From Oliverocinquevirus OLIVR5 (taxonomy: Duplodnaviria; Heunggongvirae; Uroviricota; Caudoviricetes): a stretch of DNA of 64,000 bases. Made by a program: the position numbers and the translations under genes. The stretch covers positions 87,074-151,073 of the IMG/VR virus record IMGVR_UViG_2974725113_000001; one strand, 5' to 3'. Under the pieces are notes generated by a model. The model did not search any database. It was not told where the DNA came from and was given only the letters and a program-made list of their open reading frames with translations. The first letter of the stretch is position 1, and every line of letters starts with the position of its first letter. Shown here one piece after another: positions 55,054-62,811 of this stretch.

Positions 55054-56160
55054 TTGGCAATTCGAGTACCAACAAAAAACATCGGAAAGAGCATAGGTGA
55101 CTATGCTTCTCTCCATAGCCTCAAAGAGATTTGCGTTTTCCAGCAATACTCAATGAGGTCTTACGAGACAGGTCTCTATGACGTTCTCACTGATGGCAAT
55201 GTCAATTCGATGGTCAAGATCATCACTGCGGCATGTGCAACGGCGAAGAAGAACGGAAATCCGATCAAAGCGGTTTCGGTCTCGTGTCCTGATCCGTCTT
55301 TCGTGAAAGGTGGAGACGATGCTCTCGAAGCTCTTCGGAAGAAGTTCTCTGTCTGTGGAGCTGACATCTTCTTGTTCGATGTCGACTACGGTTCGAATGC
55401 AAAGGAAAACCGATACGTCGTTTCCGGTCAACCTCTCGACTATGAAGCTCTCAACATCACGTACTTCAAGCACAATCGCGAAGAAAATGAACACACGATC
55501 TTCGTATGTCCAGGTTCTCCTCGACCTGAAAATCCGTTGTACGACGAGTCTGAATTCGATTACTTCCAAGAAGCGATCTTGAATTCTGATATGACATTCT
55601 TCTACAACTGGAACCAGGCAAGGTTCGGTGCATATCATCGGTGCTTCGAAGCGGCTGGAGTGACTTTCGAGATGTCTCGAAATCGTGTCATCGATGATCC
55701 TCTTCCGAGGTTCCATTACTATTTCCCGTATCGACTGACGGACAAGGACTATCTCTTCGATGAGTTCATCTCCGATCTTCCGAACGGAACGGTGGTAGCT
55801 GTGACCGATCCGAACGAATCTCTCGGTCGCATGAATGCTCTCTCTGTCGTCCAGAGTGAGAAAAATCCTGGTGTGACTCTCATGAAGATCGATCCTCGGA
55901 CTCATCTCGATATCGTCCGTTCGATCATTATTGACAACGAGATTGCTTTCAACTCTGGCAAGAAGTACAAGCCTCTTCGTCAGATCGTGATCACGTCTCG
56001 TCTCTCGAAGACTCTTCACATGGGTCCTGCTGAGATGTTCTCCATCGCGTATCCGAAAGGTGCCACGAGGAAGAAGGACATCAACCACTTCAAGTTCATC
56101 GAAGCCGGCACGACCGAATTCGAATTCGAAACAGAGAGCGAACGAGCTCTAGGAAGGTAA
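55054..56160 (+). CDS. hypothetical protein (candidate DNA-modification enzyme by position)
   Basis: 368-aa ORF whose ATG overlaps the stop of the hydroxymethylase-like gene; no glycosyltransferase motif confidently recognised. Confidence 0.4.
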   Translation: MAIRVPTKNIGKSIGDYASLHSLKEICVFQQYSMRSYETGLYDVLTDGNVNSMVKIITAACATAKKNGNPIKAVSVSCPDPSFVKGGDDALEALRKKFSVCGADIFLFDVDYGSNAKENRYVVSGQPLDYEALNITYFKHNREENEHTIFVCPGSPRPENPLYDESEFDYFQEAILNSDMTFFYNWNQARFGAYHRCFEAAGVTFEMSRNRVIDDPLPRFHYYFPYRLTDKDYLFDEFISDLPNGTVVAVTDPNESLGRMNALSVVQSEKNPGVTLMKIDPRTHLDIVRSIIIDNEIAFNSGKKYKPLRQIVITSRLSKTLHMGPAEMFSIAYPKGATRKKDINHFKFIEAGTTEFEFETESERALGR

Positions 56161-56165
56161 ATGAC

Positions 56166-56363
56166 ATGATACTTCGTCCTGAAGACGTTGAGATTAACAC
56201 ATACAGCTCCAGGCCGTCAGGGTTAGTCAATGTTGCTCCGGATGGAGTATCTATTGTCCATCTCCCTACCGGCACTGTGGCACGGTTCCACGGCTACAAG
56301 AGTCAACACAAGAACCGTTCCGTAGCCATGGAAATGATTTCTGTAGCTATCAGAAATTTGTAA
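56166..56363 (+). CDS. hypothetical small protein
   Basis: 65-aa ORF. Confidence 0.3.
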   Translation: MILRPEDVEINTYSSRPSGLVNVAPDGVSIVHLPTGTVARFHGYKSQHKNRSVAMEMISVAIRNL

Positions 56364-56370
56364 TTTTTCT

Positions 56371-56413
56371 GTTTACATCCGTTTCATTTTTGTGTAGAGT
56401 AACGGATGTAAAC
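56371..56413 (+). promoter_or_regulatory. early-type promoter embedded in a 13-bp perfect inverted repeat (operator-like)
   Basis: GTTTACATCCGTT...AACGGATGTAAAC arms at 56371..56383 and 56401..56413; TTTACA at 56372..56377; -10 TAGAGT at 56395..56400 lies between the arms. Confidence 0.45.
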
Positions 56414-56437
56414 TCAACCTCTAACGAAAGAAATCAA

Positions 56438-56641
56438 GTGAATCATCAACGGAACTTTTCCATTATCGCTCTTGTAGCGGTCGTGGTATTCTTCTTCGGA
56501 TATCTTGGTCCGGCACTCATTTCTGCAAAGAACACGATCCTCAACCTCGGCGGTGTATTCCTCGGAGTCCTGCTGATCTACGTGATCGTGACTCTGGCAT
56601 ACAACGTCATTCAGAAACTCGTCAAAGGAAAGAACTCTTGA
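56438..56641 (+). CDS. small two-TM membrane protein (holin-like or NfeD-like partner)
   Basis: In-frame GTG start (the track ORF begins with TTG at 56390; no ATG in frame); two hydrophobic helices (FSIIALVAVVVFFFGYLGPALI and LGGVFLGVLLIYVIVTLAY); basic C-terminus KLVKGKNS; stop overlaps the start of the next gene (TTGA). Confidence 0.4.
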   Translation: MNHQRNFSIIALVAVVVFFFGYLGPALISAKNTILNLGGVFLGVLLIYVIVTLAYNVIQKLVKGKNS

Positions 56642-57477
56642 AGCTATCTCGCATTATCTCCGTCGGTCTCCTGGCCGCTCTCGTCGCATCCTGTGCTCGT
56701 GTCGAAGCCGGTAACGTCGGCATCAAGGTCAAGCTCCTTGGTGACGAAAAAGGTGTAAGCAACACCGAAGTCCTCGGTCCTGGTCGATACTGGGAAGGTT
56801 GGAACGAAAAGATTTACACGTTCCCGACTTTCACCCAGAACAAAATCTGGGAAGGTGAAAAGGGTTCCGAGAAGAAGGCATTCGAATTCCAGACCAACCA
56901 GGGCATGGTCGTCTCCGTCGATATGGGTCTCTCGTACTACGTCCAGGCGGAATCTGCTGCAACTGTTTTCCAGAAGTATCGACGCGGTATCGACGAAATT
57001 ACCGACGTCTATCTGAAGAACATGATCCGCGACTCTCTTGTTGCCGAAGGTTCGAAGATCACCGTTGAAGACGCTTATGGTGCTGGCAAGGAAGCTCTCC
57101 TCGAACGTGTCCAGGAACGTGTCCGCAAGCAGGTCGAAGATATCGGCATCAAGATCGAGCGAATTTACTGGATTGGTCAGTTCCAGCTTCCTCAGGAAGT
57201 TATCGAGAAGATCAACGCGAAAATCCAGGCAGGTCAGATGACTGAGCAGCGTCTTCAGGAAGTCGAACAATCTCGAGCTGAAGCTCAGAAGCTGGAAGCT
57301 GAAGCTCTCGGTCTGAAGAACGCAGCCATTCTCAAGGCTGAAGGCGAAGCGGAAGCTAACCGACTCATCACAGAGTCGATCTCTGAAGAACTGATTCGGT
57401 ACAAGCAGATCGACACCTGGGATGGTGTACTTCCGAAGGTTACCGGTGGTGCAACTCCGATGATTAAGATCGATTGA
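56638..57477 (+). CDS. SPFH/band-7 (prohibitin/stomatin-like) lipoprotein
   Basis: TTG start with RBS AAAGGAAAG 6 nt upstream; lipoprotein signal MKLSRIISVGLLAALVAS-C; SPFH-domain body with C-terminal Ala/Glu-rich coiled coil (RLQEVEQSRAEAQKLEAEALGLKNAAILKAEGEAEANRL); 279 aa. Confidence 0.65.
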   Translation: MKLSRIISVGLLAALVASCARVEAGNVGIKVKLLGDEKGVSNTEVLGPGRYWEGWNEKIYTFPTFTQNKIWEGEKGSEKKAFEFQTNQGMVVSVDMGLSYYVQAESAATVFQKYRRGIDEITDVYLKNMIRDSLVAEGSKITVEDAYGAGKEALLERVQERVRKQVEDIGIKIERIYWIGQFQLPQEVIEKINAKIQAGQMTEQRLQEVEQSRAEAQKLEAEALGLKNAAILKAEGEAEANRLITESISEELIRYKQIDTWDGVLPKVTGGATPMIKID

Positions 57478-57487
57478 TCAAACTTTC

Positions 57488-57553
57488 CAAGGCGATTAAT
57501 TTCGCCTTGGAGGGGATTTAGACGTTTACGAAAACAATTTCCTATTATATGCT
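57488..57553 (+). promoter_or_regulatory. PeSL-like element (perfect hairpin CCAAGGCGA-TTAATT-TCGCCTTGG, then GAGGGGATTTAGACGTTTACG-N17-TATGCT)
   Basis: Hairpin at 57488..57510; -35 TTTACG at 57525..57530; -10 at 57548..57553. Confidence 0.5.
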
Positions 57554-57633
57554 AACGTTAACATCAAGCATCTTTCCGATTTAGAAGAGGCTCAAGAATT
57601 CATCGATTTCTGCATAGAGAAAGGTATTTACAA

Positions 57634-58305
57634 ATGATCTTCAAGCGCGGCGACATCGTCACAATTTCTGAGAAAGGGAAGAGGCTTCTCGGTCGCATCC
57701 ACTATATCCAAAGCGAGGTATGTTTCGTCGAGAATATCTCTATTGGTCCTGAAGGAAAAGACCAAGATGAACTCCTCTTTAGCATTGGAGCATTCGACGA
57801 GATTCCTAGCCTCAAGAAGAATGTGAAGACTTTTTATCGGAGCGTACACGAAGTGTCACACGCTTCCGTCTCTGCTCTCGTCGACTTCCTCGTGGACGAA
57901 CGTGTCACATGGGGCTCTAAGAGCGTTTCTTATGTAGTCAGAGGAGTCTCTTTAGGAGAAGGTGATATCGTCATTTACTTCAAAAGCAAATCTGGCAAAA
58001 GGATCGATCCTGAAGGAACATTTGAAGAGTCTCCGCCTCCGCATTTCTTGCAAGACTTGGAAAACCTCGAAATCCTGAGAGAGTACGAGCCAGAACTCCA
58101 AAAACTCCCTGTGGCCGTGCAGGAACCAGTTCTTCCTGAGGCTGAAGAACTACGTTTCGAAGTCAAGAAGAAGATCACACCCGGCTACTATGGAATCGCA
58201 GACGTTGATACCGATCAAATCACTCTTCGTCTCCGCAACCGTGAAGACTTCTTGAAAGCTCGGAACTTCCTCGATCATATTCTCAATGAAGGTATCGACC
58301 TTTAG
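57634..58305 (+). CDS. hypothetical protein, paralog family B
   Basis: 223 aa; N-terminus MIFKRGDIVTI...GRIHYIQSEVCFVE...IGAFDEIP resembles 30624..31505; downstream of a PeSL-like element. Confidence 0.45.
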   Translation: MIFKRGDIVTISEKGKRLLGRIHYIQSEVCFVENISIGPEGKDQDELLFSIGAFDEIPSLKKNVKTFYRSVHEVSHASVSALVDFLVDERVTWGSKSVSYVVRGVSLGEGDIVIYFKSKSGKRIDPEGTFEESPPPHFLQDLENLEILREYEPELQKLPVAVQEPVLPEAEELRFEVKKKITPGYYGIADVDTDQITLRLRNREDFLKARNFLDHILNEGIDL

Positions 58306-58307
58306 TA

Positions 58308-58336
58308 TTTACAAGGTCTAAATCGTGTGATAGACG
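58308..58336 (+). promoter_or_regulatory. early-type promoter (TTTACA-N17-TAGACG)
   Basis: TTTACAAGGTCTAAATCG shares the conserved spacer; starts immediately after the stop of the upstream gene. Confidence 0.4.
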
Positions 58337-58462
58337 TAAGAGAAATCTTTAACGAAAATCAGGAGCTAGTCTTGACCAGGTCTGAATTTATCTCTTTCGT
58401 CTCTTGCGTGATCGTAATTCTTGCATCCGTCCACGTAATCACGAAAATCTTCGGAGTTTAAA

Positions 58463-58930
58463 ATGGAAGACTTTTCTAAATACGAGAAACTGAACGAGCT
58501 CAAAGACAGTCTAAAAGCCGCTCTCGATCTCTTCGACTCGAATCAGTCCTATTCCGCAAGTCGAAATTTCTACCACCGAACGAGAAGTTCATATCATCGT
58601 ACTACAGGTAAGGCGTATCCGAAGCACATTAAGAGTCTTTATCACAACGTGATCGAGGCCAGGACGATCCTTGCGCACCTCAGGCATTTCAACTCTTTGA
58701 GTTGTGTTTCTCGAGACGAAATCGAGTTCGCCGAGAAGTTCACGGCTGTATACGTCGAAGATCATTTTTCAAAAGAATACGACCTCCTTCTGGAAATACT
58801 CAGAGCTAAAGAGGACTTCGAGATAGAGAAGATTACGAAGAAGAAGCGGAACCAGGATTTGGCTATGGCTTTCACTGCTGCCGCGGTCATCGTCCTGGCA
58901 GTCATTTATCGGCTTTTCCAGGATTTCTGA
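58463..58930 (+). CDS. hypothetical protein with C-terminal TM helix
   Basis: 155 aa; C-terminal LAMAFTAAAVIVLAVIYRLF. Confidence 0.4.
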   Translation: MEDFSKYEKLNELKDSLKAALDLFDSNQSYSASRNFYHRTRSSYHRTTGKAYPKHIKSLYHNVIEARTILAHLRHFNSLSCVSRDEIEFAEKFTAVYVEDHFSKEYDLLLEILRAKEDFEIEKITKKKRNQDLAMAFTAAAVIVLAVIYRLFQDF

Positions 58931-58931
58931 A

Positions 58932-59171
58932 ATGGTTAAAAAGGAAGATAGAGAACGCCTTGCTTCGTATATCGTCGGAACATGCCAGAGCATTTTCATG
59001 TGTCTGGAAATTCTGGAACTCGAAGAAGGCTACGATTGGGAAGATGAACTTCTTACAGAAAATGTTGAGCAGTGCCTCGGATGCGGATGGTGGCACTACT
59101 CTTATGAACTAGAGGTCCATGACGAATGGGCTTATTGTGACAGCTGCGCGCCAGTGGAGAGCGACGAATGA
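58932..59171 (+). CDS. small acidic zinc-ribbon-like protein
   Basis: 79 aa; CLGCGWWHY...YCDSCAP gives two CxxC pairs. Confidence 0.4.
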   Translation: MVKKEDRERLASYIVGTCQSIFMCLEILELEEGYDWEDELLTENVEQCLGCGWWHYSYELEVHDEWAYCDSCAPVESDE

Positions 59172-59452
59172 TACTACGTAAATATCCAACACTTGCCAAT
59201 GTTATCCGTCTCAAGGCAGACATCCTGGGTCTCAATGGCCAGGAAGAGATGCTGAGACTTGAACAAATTTTCGGTCTCCACTGCGCGATGTATCAAATTA
59301 AGGTGGAAGACCTTATCCTCACAGACAAATTCTTCAGGAAGACGGACGTCATGTACTGGGAAGACATCATGCGAGAAAGGTCATCAGAGCTCTTCGACCT
59401 TGAGATGAGGATCGCGGCATCTATCTTGGAAACTTTCTTCGACGATATTTGA
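59168..59452 (+). CDS. hypothetical protein
   Basis: 94-aa ORF with ATGA overlap. Confidence 0.4.
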   Translation: MILRKYPTLANVIRLKADILGLNGQEEMLRLEQIFGLHCAMYQIKVEDLILTDKFFRKTDVMYWEDIMRERSSELFDLEMRIAASILETFFDDI

Positions 59453-59461
59453 TTTTTCTTA

Positions 59462-59490
59462 TTTACAAGGCTTTAAGTCTAGGATAGGAA
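59462..59490 (+). promoter_or_regulatory. early-type promoter (TTTACA-N17-TAGGAA)
   Basis: TTTACAAGGCTTTAAGTCTAGGA shares the conserved spacer. Confidence 0.4.
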
Positions 59491-59505
59491 TAATCATAAC
59501 GAAAC

Positions 59506-59733
59506 ATGGAGACATCCAAAATGACACGTTCTGAAATCCGCGAAGAGAAAGCTCTCAACAAGTTTATCAAATCGAATGGAGGTCAACCGATCGGTTGTCT
59601 TGCTGAACGTAGTTTCATCACGAATCTCTTCGATCCGGTTATGCCAAACGGAAAAAGTCTCCTGACAGGCAAAGCTCTTAAGAAAGGTACGAAAGTGAAG
59701 CTCTTCGGAACTGGTGAAATTGTTGAAATCTGA
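59506..59733 (+). CDS. hypothetical small protein
   Basis: 75-aa ORF. Confidence 0.4.
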   Translation: METSKMTRSEIREEKALNKFIKSNGGQPIGCLAERSFITNLFDPVMPNGKSLLTGKALKKGTKVKLFGTGEIVEI

Positions 59734-60205
59734 TATGGAAGAAATACTCGTTCGATTTAACCAGGAAGGTGTTGGGAGAGTCCTTTCAAATCTCTCCAAG
59801 CACCGTTTCATTTTCAGAGGGGTCCAGTGCCAATCTACGGAAGGAATTCTTCACTCTGTTAAGGTGAATGATCCGGAGTTCCAGCGTGGATGGTGTATGA
59901 AGCACGGAGTAGAGGCCCAGAGAATTCCCTCGAAATACAAACCGGATTCCTGGAAAGAGAAGCAGACTCTGTGGTGGCAAGGAACTCCAATGATGCGGAC
60001 GTCTCGAGTCTATCGGGAGTTCGTAAAGGAAATGTATTACGAAGTCTCGCTTCATTGTCCGGACTATCGTGATGCGCTCCTCTCCACGAAAGGAAAGCGT
60101 CTCATCCATCCGATGGGTCCTATCGAACCGAACAAAACGGTTCTGACCAGACACGAATTCACATCCGCTCTAGAATGGGTCAGAGACCAATGGATTTCTG
60201 ACTAA
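59714..60205 (+). CDS. hypothetical protein
   Basis: 163-aa ORF; the start may be the internal Met of MEEILVRF. Confidence 0.4.
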   Translation: MKLLKSDMEEILVRFNQEGVGRVLSNLSKHRFIFRGVQCQSTEGILHSVKVNDPEFQRGWCMKHGVEAQRIPSKYKPDSWKEKQTLWWQGTPMMRTSRVYREFVKEMYYEVSLHCPDYRDALLSTKGKRLIHPMGPIEPNKTVLTRHEFTSALEWVRDQWISD

Positions 60206-60264
60206 ATTCTTATTTACTCTGACAATGATCTGGTGTATGTTCACCAAATCAATAAGGAAAAAGT

Positions 60265-61947
60265 ATGACAAAGAAACATCACTACGGGATGGAAATCGAC
60301 GAGCAGTTGATTTTGGAATTGTTCCCGTTCGATAAGCCTCGTGATATCCAGCTCGAAGCTATCAAGAAATCTCTTCATGAATTCAACGAGGGTGTCGAAC
60401 ACGTTATCCTCGATGGTCCTACCGGTGCAGGTAAGTCTGCCATCGCCTACACGATCGCGCGGTATATCCAGCACACGACTTATGGCGAGGAGAAGTCTCT
60501 TTTCACCACGATCACGAAATATCTCCAGGACCAGTACATTCGAGACTTTCCTGATCTTCATTCTATCCGTGGAGCTGCTGATCCTATCTACACCTGCGAT
60601 GATCTCCACAACAGGAACACCGAAGGTTGTGTCCTCCATGTGAAGGCGACTGCGAAGAAGTGCATGGGTGAATGCCCTTACAGGCGTGCCCAGCAGAAAT
60701 TCATGAAGGGTCCTTTGTCCCTCACAAATACTCACTTCGTCGCTCGTATTCCTCGATCCTGGCATTTCCTCGTTCTCGACGAGTGTCATGAAGTCGGTTC
60801 TGTCATTACCTCGGCTGCCGAAACTCCTATTTTCCATGAGGACGAAGTCAAGTTCAATCTTCTCTTCGGACCAGGTTCTTCTCAACTCGTAGAAATCTGG
60901 CGTGGCGTGCGTGAAAACCTCTCTCAGTACGAGCATGGCGAAGTCTTCGAAATGCCTGTCTTCGATGGTCTCCATGAATTCGATCTAGAGAAAGCCAAGA
61001 AGGAAGTCGAAGGAATGGCTGGTCAGACAGGTTATCGTTCTCTCGCAGGTCATCTCGCAGGTCTCACCTCTGCCATGTCTGCGTGCTGGATTATGGAAGG
61101 CAAAGAGGCCATCGCTCACCGTGATCCGAAGGAAATGGAGAAGGACCCGAAGCTGAAGCCGATGATCAAACCGGTCTATGCTGCTGACTTCGCCGACAAG
61201 CTCATTTTCTCTAAGGGTGAGAAAATTCTTCACATGTCTGCAACGGTATGTGGCGATGATGCATACAGCCGAGAGCTTGGCTTCAATGATCACAACTGGG
61301 CATCTGTCAGTGTGCGCCACCCTATCCCTGCAGACACCAGGAAGGTGTATTTCAATCCTCTCGGATGGATGTCGGCAAAGACCGAAGAGAAGGACTTCCA
61401 CAACACTGCGAAATTCGTTGATGCTCTCGACGAGAAGTACGACGCGAACATGATGATCCATACTGCCTCGTACAAGCGAGCCAATCGGATCAATGATCTG
61501 TCCTATGCTCACATCGATCTTCCGAAGTCTGCCAAGGAAGCCATCCAAATTCTCCAGGATGGTGCCAATTCCAAGAAGAAGAAAATCGTCGCTTCTCCTT
61601 CGATCATGGCCGGTGTAGATGGCAAGGATGATCTTTGCCGGATCAACGTGATTGCGAAGCTTCCATTCCCTTCATTCGGCGATCCTCGAGTTCGGTACAT
61701 TTCCCAGAAGCGTCCGTATCTCATTACTCAGCAGGTCGTTCGTCATGTTGTCCAGGCAGCAGGCCGTGGAACTCGACACGAGAACGACTTCTCTTACACG
61801 TTCATCCTCGACGGGATGTTTGACAAGCTCTACAATGATAACAAACAGATGTTCCCTGAATGGTTTAAAGAGTCCATCCAGTGGCGCTACAACGGAGTCC
61901 TTCAAAATCTGCCAGAAGGTCTTGAACTCAATAGGAAGGAAAATTAA
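60265..61947 (+). CDS. DinG/XPD(Rad3)-like Fe-S helicase
   Basis: Walker A VILDGPTGAGKSAIAY; four-Cys insertion between Walker A and B (CDDLHNRNTEGC...KKCMGECPY) typical of the Fe-S domain; DEAH-like LVLDECHE; C-terminal QAAGRGTRHEND (motif VI); 560 aa. Confidence 0.55.
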   Translation: MTKKHHYGMEIDEQLILELFPFDKPRDIQLEAIKKSLHEFNEGVEHVILDGPTGAGKSAIAYTIARYIQHTTYGEEKSLFTTITKYLQDQYIRDFPDLHSIRGAADPIYTCDDLHNRNTEGCVLHVKATAKKCMGECPYRRAQQKFMKGPLSLTNTHFVARIPRSWHFLVLDECHEVGSVITSAAETPIFHEDEVKFNLLFGPGSSQLVEIWRGVRENLSQYEHGEVFEMPVFDGLHEFDLEKAKKEVEGMAGQTGYRSLAGHLAGLTSAMSACWIMEGKEAIAHRDPKEMEKDPKLKPMIKPVYAADFADKLIFSKGEKILHMSATVCGDDAYSRELGFNDHNWASVSVRHPIPADTRKVYFNPLGWMSAKTEEKDFHNTAKFVDALDEKYDANMMIHTASYKRANRINDLSYAHIDLPKSAKEAIQILQDGANSKKKKIVASPSIMAGVDGKDDLCRINVIAKLPFPSFGDPRVRYISQKRPYLITQQVVRHVVQAAGRGTRHENDFSYTFILDGMFDKLYNDNKQMFPEWFKESIQWRYNGVLQNLPEGLELNRKEN

Positions 61948-62324
61948 TGCGTGACATTCGATTGTGGGAAATTCTTCGAGACGTCCTCGATGATCCGAAT
62001 GATGGACGAACAATTCATCAGTTCGTTTTCCCTCGTCAGAAATTCCGAGTGACGACAAACCTCATCATTTTGGCTAAGCAATACATCCAGGATGGGAAGA
62101 AAGTCATTTTCGTTACCAGACGAGGAGTTGAGGCATCTCGTCTCCGTAAAGACCATCCAGGTCTAAGAGCTGTTCCAGAAGCAGACCTCGGGAAATCCCT
62201 CGAAGGAAATTCTTTCGATTATGTCATTGCCGACAGCTACATCACATACGACACGATGGACGCCGTTGCAGAAGCTCTCGACAGCAAGACTGTCAAGAAA
62301 TTCTTGAAGGTCGAGACGAAATAA
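61947..62324 (+). CDS. hypothetical protein
   Basis: 125-aa ORF with ATGA overlap to the helicase gene. Confidence 0.4.
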   Translation: MRDIRLWEILRDVLDDPNDGRTIHQFVFPRQKFRVTTNLIILAKQYIQDGKKVIFVTRRGVEASRLRKDHPGLRAVPEADLGKSLEGNSFDYVIADSYITYDTMDAVAEALDSKTVKKFLKVETK

Positions 62325-62342
62325 ACCCTCTCAAAATACTTT

Positions 62343-62807
62343 ATGGATAGCATAACGGATACACAGTATTCGCGCTTTCCTCGAGGATATGTCTACACCG
62401 ACGGTCGACACTATAAGATTTATAGATCGATCGTCGACAAAGCTGTTTCTGAAAATCGGAACAAGAACGGTGAGATTTATTTCGAATCTCATCATATTGT
62501 TCCGAAGTCGTATGACGGAGATAATTCGAAGGAAAACCTCGTTCTCTTGACTGCACGCGAACATTACATTTGTCATCTCCTTCTAACGAGGATGTTTTCG
62601 AACATCACGATGCGAAAGAAGATGACAAGAGCTTTGGCGTACTTTAGGAGCAGAGGGAATTCTGCTTCTAGGAGTTTTGCTTTGGCAAGGACTATCCAGT
62701 CGCGAGGGATGCGCGGAAACAAGATCGGGATCGGCTACAAGCAATCTCAAGAGCATATAGACAAGAGAGTTGCCTCACTGAAGAAAACTCTCGCGTCTAA
62801 GAAATGA
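62343..62807 (+). CDS. HNH homing endonuclease
   Basis: HHIVPKSYDGDNSKENLVLLTAREHYICH shows the HNH motif H-H...N...H. Confidence 0.6.
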   Translation: MDSITDTQYSRFPRGYVYTDGRHYKIYRSIVDKAVSENRNKNGEIYFESHHIVPKSYDGDNSKENLVLLTAREHYICHLLLTRMFSNITMRKKMTRALAYFRSRGNSASRSFALARTIQSRGMRGNKIGIGYKQSQEHIDKRVASLKKTLASKK

Positions 62808-62811
62808 TTAG

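Noticed and set aside
55150-56088. 312-aa minus-strand ORF
   Set aside because: Antisense to the 368-aa plus-strand ORF, which is translationally coupled to the upstream gene. The reverse frame is Arg/Leu/Ser-rich with no start context.
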